DNA of 58,560 nt, filler included, from Basidiobolus meristosporus CBS 931.73 (lineage: Eukaryota; Fungi; Basidiobolomycota), in assembly GCA_002104905.1 (NCBI GenBank). It is 3 parts of 3 records of this genome, joined end to end, with 100 filler letters (N's around TTAATTAATTAA, not from the genome) between each part and the next. Parts side by side here need not be neighbours in the genome. Positions count along the whole stretch, not along the records: positions 25,708 to 45,833 come from MCFE01001011.1; positions 45,934 to 58,560 come from MCFE01001237.1; 1 more part is not named here. One strand, given 5' to 3'. The position numbers and the translations under genes were made by a program. This document shows, piece after piece, positions 37,034 through 45,974 of this stretch. A model generated the notes under the pieces. The model was not told the origin of the DNA and did not search any database. It saw only the letters and a list, made by a program, of their open reading frames with translations. Each line of letters opens with the position of its first letter. The first letter of the stretch is position 1.

Positions 37034-40000
37034 TTAAAGAGGTTCTTCTCCTGAAGAGTCCTGTCTATCGGACTTGTAATACCAGTATTTGGTTGGTGGT
37101 GTCATTGGGTTTTTTAGCTGTGCTTCCTTTAGTCGGTCTCTATGCACTAGGTCCTCCTTTACTTTACCTGACATGTCTGCGAGTTGAAATGTATTGAAGG
37201 GCATTTCTCTTGTGATAATAAAGGGTCCAACCCAATGTGGTTCTAGTTTTAGCCTACTTTCATTTCGGACTAATACAAGTTTTCCCAAAGTTAAGGGTTT
37301 TGTTACCACTGTTTTGTTGTACTGTTCTTTCATCTTCTCTGCTTGTCGTTTTAAATTCTTGATGGCATCATGTCTTGCATGTCCTAATTCTTCCAGTTCC
37401 CTTGTTCTGAATTCTGCCAAGTCTTTTTGGTTCTTTAAGTCCCAGATGTATGGTGGTAAGGTATCACCTGGGATTCTTGGATGTGTACCATACACTAGGT
37501 AGAAGGGGGACTTTTGTGTTGCTGAATGGACTCTAATACGACAGGCAAAGAGTGCTTGATGTACAAATTCATCCCACTTATGTTTGGCTCCTTTGACATA
37601 AGTAGTCAGCATCTTCCCAAAGAGTCCATTGAACCTCTCTGTGACCCCATTTGTTCTAGGGTGGTATGCTGATGTCTTCAAATGTCTAACCCCCATTATC
37701 TGAAGGTATTCTTTCAAGGTTTGTTCCAAAAAGTTTGCTCCTCTGTCAGACAGAATTTCACCTGGGCATCCAAACTGCATAAAGATTTCCAGGTAAAGGA
37801 ATTTTGCAACATTTTTTGCAGTAGCTGCTGGCATGGCTTTTGCTATACACCACTTAGTGGTATGGTCAATTGCAGTTATGATCCACTTGTTCCCTCTTGA
37901 AGTTTCAGGCAATATTCCAATGAAGTCAATTCCCCATCTGTAGAATGCTGGAACTGGAGTCAGTGGTTCTAATGGGGCATGTTCCTTGTTGTATGGTCTA
38001 GCCAGCTGGCACTCAGGGCAGGTCTTGAGGGTCTCAGCTATAAATTGTTTGAGTTTAGGCCACCAGGCTCTCCTTTTAGTTATTTCATAAGTTCCTTGGA
38101 TGCCCAGATGTCCAAAGGCTTTATGATTCTTGATTATCATGTCACCTCTGTATACAAATGGAATATATGGTACAGGCCCTATTTCTTCCATGTGTCTGTA
38201 AAGTACCTCGTCTTCACCATATGAGAAATTCTCTGCTTCTTTCTTAATCTTGACCCTTACTTCCTGTGATAAATCTTCTGGCATTGTCTGACTTGCCAAG
38301 TACTCTGGCATGTATTCTGGCCAGTCCAACTCATGATCTACCATTGATATATGTTGCCTTGAGAGTGCATCAGCAACTGTATTCTTTGGCCCAGGGAGGT
38401 AGTGGATTTTAAAATCAAATTGTTGTAGTTCTTCAATCCATCTAGTTATTCTTCTGGATAATAGCTTCTGGGTGTGAATGTATCTTAGGGATGCATGATC
38501 TGTATATACCACAAAGTGTTTGCCCTCCAAGTAGCATCTCCACACTCTCAGACAATGTAGTATGGCATAGAGTTCTTTTTCATGGACTGGGTAGTTTTGT
38601 TCAGTTACTGATAGCTTTTTGGACTCATAAGCAACCGGGTGTTCTTTTTGAGTCAGTACCCCTCCAACAGCTAGATCTGAAGCATCAGTGTATACACAGA
38701 AAGGTTCTGAGAAATCAGGCAACTGAAGCACAGGGGTTTGGCATAGCTTTTCTTTCAGAGTTAGGAAAGCTGTCTCACAGTTTGGGGTCCATATATAGTC
38801 TTTCTCTTTTTTGGTCAAGTCTGTAAGGGGGGCTGCAATAGTTGCAAAGTCCCTGATGAATCTTCTGTAATATGATGCAAGTCCCAGGAAGGATCTCATT
38901 TCAGTGAGTGACTTTGGGGCTTCCCATTTCTGGATAGCATCTATCTTGGCTGGATCCATGTGTAGTCCTTTATCTGAGATTATGTGACCAAGGTATTCAA
39001 CTGATCTGGTGAGGAATTCACACTTAGGAAGTTGTGCATATAGCTTGTGCTTTTTTAGTATAGCCAGTACTGTCTTCAAGTGCTTCATGTGGTCATCCAT
39101 GCTGGTACTATAGATCAGAATGTCATCTAAGTAGACCAGGACAAATTTCTCTAAATATGGTTCCAGGATGCTATTCATGAGTGTCTGAAATGTTGCTGGG
39201 GCATTAGTCAGGCCAAAGCTCATCACAACAAACTCATAATGACCATATCTTGTGTTGAATGCTGTCTTAGAGGTGTCTTCAGGCTTAATTCTGATTTGGT
39301 GATATCCAGATGCCAGGTCTATTTTAGAGAATATCTTTGCCTTCCCCAGTTGGTCAAAGAGGGCATCAATTCTTGGTAATGGGTAGGAATTTCTGACAGT
39401 GATTGCATTTAGGGCCCTGTAGTCCACACAGAACCGTAGCTTCCCATCCTTCTTTGGAGCAAAGAGTACTGGAGCTCCCATGGTGATTTACTGGGTTTTA
39501 TCCAGCCTTTAGCCAGGTAGTCCTTCAATGTTTCCTTCAAAGTCTCCATTTCCTTTGGGGAGAACTTATATGGGGCTCTGTTTCTTGGTTTATCATCTGT
39601 TACTTCTATGGCATGGTCAATCTCTCTGCTTGGGGGTAGTGCAGGGATTTCCTTGGGAAAAACCTCTTGAAACTCTGCTAACAAGGTCTTGAGCCTGTCA
39701 TTTGTCACTTCTGTGGTCTCTTGGATTTTGGCAAAGGCTATCATGTGCAACAGTTTGGGATTCTGTCTGATAGAGTGGGCAAACTGTTTCTTTGATATGG
39801 TGTGTTCTGGTGCATTGCCTTTGTCCAGGGTTGGTTTGGGTGACAGATGATATTTTGCATCATCCTTGTTGATTACAACTTCCTGAGTCTGCCAGTTTAT
39901 GTCAGGATTGTGCTTTCTTAGCCAAGTTTGTCCCACATTGATTTCAAAGTTGGCTTGGGGTATGATAATTGGGGAAATGGTGTCTTGGAAGTCCCTGATT

Positions 40001-41382
40001 TGTAAAGTCAAGGGTTCAGTCCTGCTGTTCACTATAATTGATTCCTTGGTGGCACAGAGGATGTGAATTGGGGGGCAAGGGATTGTTTGTAGCTTCATCT
40101 GATCAGCTACATCTTTTGAAATGTAGACATCAGTTGCTCCACTGTCAATGAGTACAGAGACACATTGGTTGTTGTTGAGAATCCCTGGGAGTTTCAGCAT
40201 CTTTGGGGTAGTATATAAGCTCTGAGTCCTCTGATACTCCTTAACAAGGCTGATTGTGTGCTCCTCCTCCTTAGTGGAGAGTTGGAATACTCTTTGTAAT
40301 GGCCTCTTTGGGCATTCATTGACTTTATGACCCTGTTCCTTGCAGTAAAAGCATAGTCCAAGCTTGAAGCATTCCTCTTTAGAAGGTCTTGGTGTGCTCT
40401 GCATAACATCTAGGTCCATAGGCTCCAGTGTGTGGGGGTAGTGTGCACCTTGTTCAGTGATTGGTTGACTACCAATAGGTATGTGGTTATTGGCTTTGAG
40501 GCCTGTAGTAGTTCTTGAGTGACCAATTCTGTGGTTGACAGCCCTTCTGAAGTGTATGGCATCATATCTTTCTGCCAGTTCCATAGCCTCTACTAGGGTT
40601 TTGGGGTCTTTGTATTCAATTTCCCATCTAGTGTTGGATTTCAGGCCTCTTAGGTATTGCTCAAGTAGTTCAGTATCAGGCATGTTTTGAATTTCCATAC
40701 TAAGCAAGTTAAACTGCTCATTGTACTCTTGAACAGACTTGGCTTGAAAGAGTTTGGACAGTTTTTCTCTTGCCATTCTATCAGCATTGATAGGTGTAAA
40801 CCTCTTTCTCAATGCTTTAACAAAGTCAGCCCAGGAGGCTATGGGTGGAAAGATGCCCCTATTCATTCCTTGAATGTGAAGTTTCCACCACATGGTTGCT
40901 TCCTTTCTGAAAAGTGAACAGGCATAATGTACTTTGACTTCTTCAGAGTCATCTGAGAAGTATAGGTACTGCTCTACTTCAAATATCCAAGTCTCTAGAG
41001 TGGCAGTGTGTCTTTTGCCTTCAAAGATGTTGGGTTTCTGAAGTTTCAGATTTGTTGCTCTATATTGTTTTGTGAAGTCCAGAGAGCCTTGCCCATCTTC
41101 TCCAAGATTCAAGGAATTGGGAGGCACCGCAGGTCTTACAGATGAGGCTTCACCCTCTCTCTGTATACCTTGACCAGTAAACCATGATCTCTGGGTGTTC
41201 ACAAAATGTAAAGAGTCCAAGTCTGTCTGCCTACCCATTCTTGGGTCCAGACTAGGGAGGGCCGCAGGCTCAGTTGTGTGGGACTGTCCTTGACCGGCTA
41301 ACTCAGCAACTTGTTGTTCAAGACTCTCAATATAGGCCAACATTTCTTCTGAAGAGCTAAATTTTGGCTTTTCTTCACTCAT
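37034..41382 (-). CDS. Single gag-pol ORF (1449 aa if one base is restored at 39477-39479)
   Basis: 657-aa and 815-aa ORFs join where the element strand reads CCATGGGAG vs CCATGGGGAG in the left copy. Capsid-like [26 protein letters not shown], protease, RT, RNase H, integrase with GPF motif. No chromodomain. Confidence 0.93.
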
Positions 41383-41540
41383 TTTGTTTTTGGGTATTGT
41401 TTGATTTGCGGTAGGCGGGTGTGTTTACCAAGGGGGCTGGTTCTCTGGCAGAATTGACTGGGTACTGTTTTTTTTCTTTTTTGAGTGAAACGGAGGGTTT
41501 CTCTGGGAGGTTGGGAGGGTCTCGGGCAGGTACGGAGGGT

Positions 41541-41730
41541 ATCTCTGGACAATTGGAAGAATATCTGGGAGATCGGAAGAGTTTCTGGGAGATCGGAAGA
41601 GTTTCTGGGAGATCGGAAGAGTTTCTGAGAGATTGGAAAAGTTTCTGGGAGATCGGAAGAGTTTCTGAGAGATTGGAAAAGTTTCTGGGAGATCGGAAGA
41701 GTTTCTGAGAGATTGGAAAAGTTTCTGGGA
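41541..41730. repeat. 20-bp tandem repeat (about 9.5 units) in the gypsy 5' UTR with A/B alternation
   Basis: A=GTTTCTGGGAGATCGGAAGA, B=GTTTCTGAGAGATTGGAAAA. Order from 41581: A A B A B A B plus a half unit, with degenerate units at 41541 and 41561. Confidence 0.93.
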
Positions 41731-41766
41731 GGTACGGAGGTTTTTGTTTTTTGGAGATCGGAGGTT

Positions 41767-41777
41767 CGCTGCTACCA
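41767..41777 (-). promoter_or_regulatory. Gypsy primer-binding site TGGTAGCAGCG (probably tRNA-iMet 3' end)
   Basis: One nt inside the 5' LTR. TGG complements CCA, and TAGCAG matches the AGCAG-type iMet acceptor stem. The primer tRNA is not in the window. Confidence 0.75.
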
Positions 41778-42225
41778 ATGTTATGAATCGAGGGCAAGCG
41801 GAGGAGGACCGGAGGATGTCCAATACGAATCAGAGAGGTTATCTGAATAGTTGATGAACCGGTAAAAGGTTGATGCTTTATTGATAGTGTTCAAAGGAGT
41901 TTATATAGAGATAGCCTCGGAGGGAGAGCTTCCGATAACGTAGGGCAAGCTTCCAAAAGGAGGGTTCAAGATGTATTAAATAACGTGTGTATCACTGAGT
42001 GCGATTGATCGTCTGTGTGGAATTCCAGGTGTTCGATCAGTAGTGTTCAAGTGATCGGTAGTGACTAGTTAGGATTTAAATCATAACAGATGATAACTCA
42101 ACTTGCTATATATGGTCATCAAGAAAATTTTAAAATTTGCAACGAAGTACCAAGTCTTATGAGGGAGAGTACATGTTGTAAAATGGGGTTTTATGTAGGT
42201 AGTTAACTACGTAACAAATGTAAGT

Positions 42226-42297
42226 GGGGGGTTGGCGCAACGGTAGCGCGTTCGCCTCCAGAGCGAAAGGTTGCGTGTTCAAATCACGCACTCCTCA
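42226..42297 (+). tRNA. tRNA-Trp(CCA)
   Basis: Cloverleaf identical to 32738-32809; T5 terminator follows. Confidence 0.95.
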
Positions 42298-42496
42298 CTG
42301 ATTTTTGTTTTGGTGGGTGTTGTATCAGTAGGACCTTGGCCAGTCCCCATATATGAAAAAGATCGATCACTTTTTGTGTGTATGCTTCACGTAAGGATGG
42401 CCTTGATCATTTTGGTATTCTCTACACGGGGCCCTTGAGCTTGCGGCTTTCCTGCATATCATCCCAACCACTAATAAAAACATAGGACAAAAGTAT

Positions 42497-42568
42497 TTCC
42501 CCATCGGGGAATCGAACCCCGGCCGTCTCGGTGAAAGCGAGAAATCCTAACCACTGGACCAATGAGGA
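42497..42568 (-). tRNA. tRNA-Glu(TTC)
   Basis: TCTCG-CTTTCAC-CGAGA; acceptor TCCTCAT/ATGGGGA. Confidence 0.95.
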
Positions 42569-42749
42569 AGTTATTGTTAGAAAGCAAGCAAAACTCTATA
42601 TTCCCACAAGACTTTACTCCATTCAGAATGCTCACTGTATCATGTACCCATCTTCACATTGAACCCTACCAATGCAGATGGGTAGCTAGTCGCAAGGTAT
42701 AATCAGTGAACATAACATGAAGTCAGGTAATGGGTCAAATACTGAATTC

Positions 42750-42820
42750 GCCATTGTAGTATAGTGGCAGTACATCGCGTTGTGGCCGCGTCGACCTCGG
42801 TTCGATTCCGAGCAATGGCA
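42750..42820 (+). tRNA. tRNA-His(GTG)
   Basis: TCGCG-TTGTGGC-CGCGT (top pair mismatched); acceptor GCCATTG/CAATGGC. Confidence 0.92.
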
Positions 42821-43120
42821 TTTTATTTTAGTGGTTGTCAGATCAGTACAGCCCACAGACTTGCATTCAAGGTGCAAATGAACCACATTTTGAAAGTGCA
42901 TTACTAGATAGCGTGTGTTCTCATACAAGCACAATCTGGCATCGTTGGTAGCTTTGTGTTTCCTTTTGTTACAAGCTATTTGGCAATAATTAACGACCAC
43001 TGAAAATTGACGAATTTGGAAGTTCTTTTAATCACAAAAAATTAGTATCGAGTGACATGAACACTCTAGGTTTGCGAACCTTTCTAGTCGTAAGAAAAAT
43101 ATGAGATGGATGTAATATAC

Positions 43121-43203
43121 GGTAACATGGCCGAGTTGGTCTAAGGCGCCGCACTCAAGTTGCGGTCTCGTAAGAGGCGTGAGTTCGAATCTCACTGTTA
43201 CCA
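43121..43203 (+). tRNA. tRNA-Leu(CAA), intronless
   Basis: CCGCA-CTCAAGT-TGCGG; long variable arm. Confidence 0.95.
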
Positions 43204-43328
43204 ATCCTTTTTGGTTCACAGCCCCTTCATTGTATTCTTCATTGGCGGGCTACAGAAATAAATATTTAATGCAAGATTATGAGTGAGTAAGTAGTATAAT
43301 ATAGATTAGCTTATAACAGGTAGTTGCT

Positions 43329-43400
43329 GGTTTCGTGGTGTAATGGTTAGCACCCAGGACTTTGAATCCTGTAATCCGAGTTCGATTCTCGGCGAGACCT
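43329..43400 (+). tRNA. tRNA-Gln(TTG)
   Basis: CAGGA-CTTTGAA-TCCTG. Confidence 0.95.
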
Positions 43401-43505
43401 AATTTTCTGCGATTTTTAGAAAACAATAGCTTCAACATACTTTATTAAATAAGATCATGTTAAATGTTTAGTCATATATTTAAAGAGAGAAGGATTGATA
43501 TATCA

Positions 43506-43587
43506 GACAATATGGCCGAGTGGTTAAGGCGTATGACTAGAAATCATATGGGCTCTGCCCGCGCAGGTTCAAATCCTGCTGTTGTCG
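43506..43587 (+). tRNA. tRNA-Ser(AGA), first gene of a tandem pair
   Basis: TATGA-CTAGAAA-TCATA; long variable arm; 82 nt; no T-tract before the next gene. Confidence 0.95.
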
Positions 43588-43592
43588 TATAT

Positions 43593-43666
43593 GCTCGCAT
43601 AGCTCAGTTGGTTAGAGCGTGGTGCTAATAACGCCAAGGTCGCAGGTTCGACCCCTGCTGTGAGCA
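43593..43666 (+). tRNA. tRNA-Ile(AAT), canonical, 5 nt downstream of tRNA-Ser
   Basis: TGGTG-CTAATAA-CGCCA; GGTTCGACCC; T-tract follows. Confidence 0.95.
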
Positions 43667-44110
43667 TTTTTACCTTTTCTGTGTGCAGTATTTAGTTGGA
43701 GTAGGGGGCAGGGTGTTGAATGGAAGTCGGATGGTCACTTGTATGGTACTTTATTCATGAGTAAATCCATTTTAGCGCTTATTTGTCAATCAGTGCTCAA
43801 AGTAGAAATTGTGATTTTTATTGAATTCAATCTAATCAATGTACAATCAAAGGCCAACAACGTTGCAGCAATATACCCATTTTATTGTGTAGTAAATATC
43901 GTGTGTATGTTTTTACTGAGTCAGAAGATATACACTGTGCAGCTGGGGAAATTGACACACATCATAGATGGGTGGGAGAGGGAAAATGTATTTTCATACG
44001 TAGGCTAATTGTTCAAATTGTTTTTGCCAGCCCGATAGCCTCCCTAATATGCTTTACCAAGTATTAAATAGTGTGCGTTATAAATTAAATATTTCACTTG
44101 ATAGATATCT

Positions 44111-44182
44111 TCTCAGATAGTATAGTGGTAAGTATCCCCGCCTGTCACGCGGGAGACCCGGGTTCAATTCCCGGTCTGAGAG
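44111..44182 (+). tRNA. tRNA-Asp(GTC), second sequence variant
   Basis: CCCGC-CTGTCAC-GCGGG; acceptor TCTCAGA/TCTGAGA. Confidence 0.95.
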
Positions 44183-44450
44183 TTTTCTTTTGGCTATTTG
44201 GATGATGGGATTAATTGAAGGTTGGGTTTGATGATACGTGATGGTGTGGGCAATGGCCTTTTTATGAAAGAACATAACAGCTAGTAGACATCACAATGCT
44301 ATCGAGTGAATAATCAAATAAACTATTGTATTGCAGAGGATATGCACTGATTGCAGCCATCATGTCTAGAGCTTATCATGCCATGAAACTTACAAAAGTA
44401 AGTTTGAGTATTAGTATTCCGAGTAACATGGAACATAAAAAATTGTTGTA

Positions 44451-44523
44451 CGAGCATACCAGGGATCGAACCTGGAATCTCCTGATCCGTAGTCAGGCGC
44501 CTTATCCATTTGGCCATACGCCC
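44451..44523 (-). tRNA. tRNA-Arg(ACG)
   Basis: CCTGA-CTACGGA-TCAGG. Confidence 0.95.
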
Positions 44524-44695
44524 ATGTACAGTCATATTGGAGGTCGGATCATTAACAATTGTACATACATCTAAACATGTGCTAGCAACAAGAAAGATCT
44601 ATAGTTTGTCGCTGATCCTCTCTTGTGATCACAAAATAATTTCATCTCGAGTCACTCGTACTACACCAACTTACAAAAAGTTACTGAATGTGAAC

Positions 44696-44767
44696 TTCCG
44701 CATCGGGGAATCGAACCCCGGCCTTCTCGGTGAGAGCGAGAGATCCTGACCACTGGACCAATGCGGA
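44696..44767 (-). tRNA. tRNA-Glu(CTC)
   Basis: Identical body to 33782-33853. Confidence 0.95.
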
Positions 44768-45120
44768 TATTCTTGAACCAGGGAAGATTTATGCGTCCAT
44801 GGATGGACATGTAACTGAACTGTTGTATTTCATTCGGCCAAGTATAGTTGTTATACTTTGGAGGTGTATTTGCGGCAGTCATGCAAAGCTCACCGTAGCT
44901 ACACAATAGAGTCACATGTGATACGCTACTGCCTGTACTCTTTTCTGTCTTGCTCAATTGCCAATGGTACATTACATTACGTGGTAAGGTAATGCCTATA
45001 CTTATTTCGTTATTAGAGTGATCCGGTCATCTGGGATGATCAATCTCAAGGGGAGAAGGGGCTTGGGAATAAATCTATTACGTTACATCTCTGATTATTG
45101 CGTTGCTCCCTTTATCAAGT

Positions 45121-45190
45121 GCATACTTGGTTTAGTGGTATAATTACCGCCTGCCACGCGGTAGACCGGGGTTCGATTCCCGAGTATGCA
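45121..45190 (+). tRNA. tRNA-Gly(GCC), T-stem one C short
   Basis: ACCGC-CTGCCAC-GCGGT. T arm CGGGG-TTCGATT-CCCG has only four 3' stem bases (70 nt in total). Confidence 0.88.
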
Positions 45191-45833
45191 TTTTGCTCGC
45201 ATTTTGTCTAATTATGGCTGCTTTCACTCAAAAAACCGCATCTCTGTTTTCTGCTTCTCCTCTCAACTGTGACAAGGGTCACTTTTGCACCGTACACAAT
45301 CTTCTCCCTAACCCTAGGGATGTGTTTCTCCTCGAAGATGTGTAAACACTAAATCTAGACACAGGGATGAATGCCTTTAGCCTCTGGATTGTAGGGTGTG
45401 CATCTCAATCCTTCATGAATACTTAATTCTTGGTAACGTTGAGCACATCCTGGGCAAACAAGTTTAGGGTTAATAAAAGTGAATAAACATTTTTACTCGG
45501 TCACGCGCAAACTTTTGCAAAACTGAGTATAGATAATTTTTTCATAACGGCCCAGGTATGTGCCACATTGCTTATGCTGACAAAGTGCTTATGCCAGCTT
45601 CGAACCCATGGGTTAGTTGTCACAGCTAGACGCATTAACAAGAGTGATTTCCTAACCATCGATGCACTGCTATCTAGAATAGAAATGGTATCGTAGCAGT
45701 ATGCACACATAGAACTTTGTGTCCATCTACGTACAATATGAAGATGGGTAACATAATGCGTAGAAGATTGAAATAGCATATTTACTAGCTGAAAGACCAC
45801 TACAAAGAAAAGCAGTTATATTCAGAGTTGAAG

Positions 45834-45933
45834 NNNNNNNNNNNNNNNNNNNNNNNNNNNNNNNNNNNNNNNNNNNNTTAATTAATTAANNNNNNNNNNN
45901 NNNNNNNNNNNNNNNNNNNNNNNNNNNNNNNNN
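45834..45933. other. Scaffold gap (100 nt with TTAATTAATTAA filler)
   Basis: Same layout as the gap at 25608-25707. Confidence 0.97.
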
Positions 45934-45974
45934 CTCTCATTGCAGTAACCCAAAAATATGCATTTGACACTTTT

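Larger units (their letters stand above)
36713..42088 (-). mobile_element. Full-length Ty3/gypsy retrotransposon, right copy (5376 bp); identical 310-bp LTRs 36713-37022 and 41779-42088
   Basis: LTR-PBS-5'UTR-gag-pol-PPT-LTR layout. LTRs identical by eye to each other and to 29175-29484. Flanks TGTAT / GATGA do not form a TSD. Confidence 0.97.

Noticed and set aside
39409-39481. Programmed gag/pol frameshift in the gypsy
   Set aside because: The break is inside RT, is absent in the left copy and lies in a homopolymer. The left copy breaks at a different run.
41569-41701. Illumina adapter contamination (AGATCGGAAGAG occurs in each A unit)
   Set aside because: The 12-nt match is followed by TTTC, not adapter sequence, and B units are diverged variants in register. 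Probably coincidental, but adapter trimming could clip reads here.
41541-41730. CRISPR-like array
   Set aside because: Units are contiguous with no unique spacers, there are no cas genes, and the array sits in a retrotransposon leader of a eukaryote.
45268-45505. Possible solo LTR (TGTGAC..GTCACG, AATAAA) with telomere-like CCCTAACCCTA
   Set aside because: Imperfect terminus, no TSD, no second copy, and fewer than two telomere units.
45590-45612. TTCGAACC B-box-like motifs (also 33702 and 44772) as missing Met/Phe tRNAs
   Set aside because: No T-stem pairing, acceptor stem or anticodon arm could be built.
29542-45800. Short ORFs across the tRNA island (e.g. 31995-32201, 33272-33484, 33685-33906, 41375-41797, 44323-44972)
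   Set aside because: They are read-throughs of 5S/tRNA genes, mirror copies or the tandem repeat, with no protein features.
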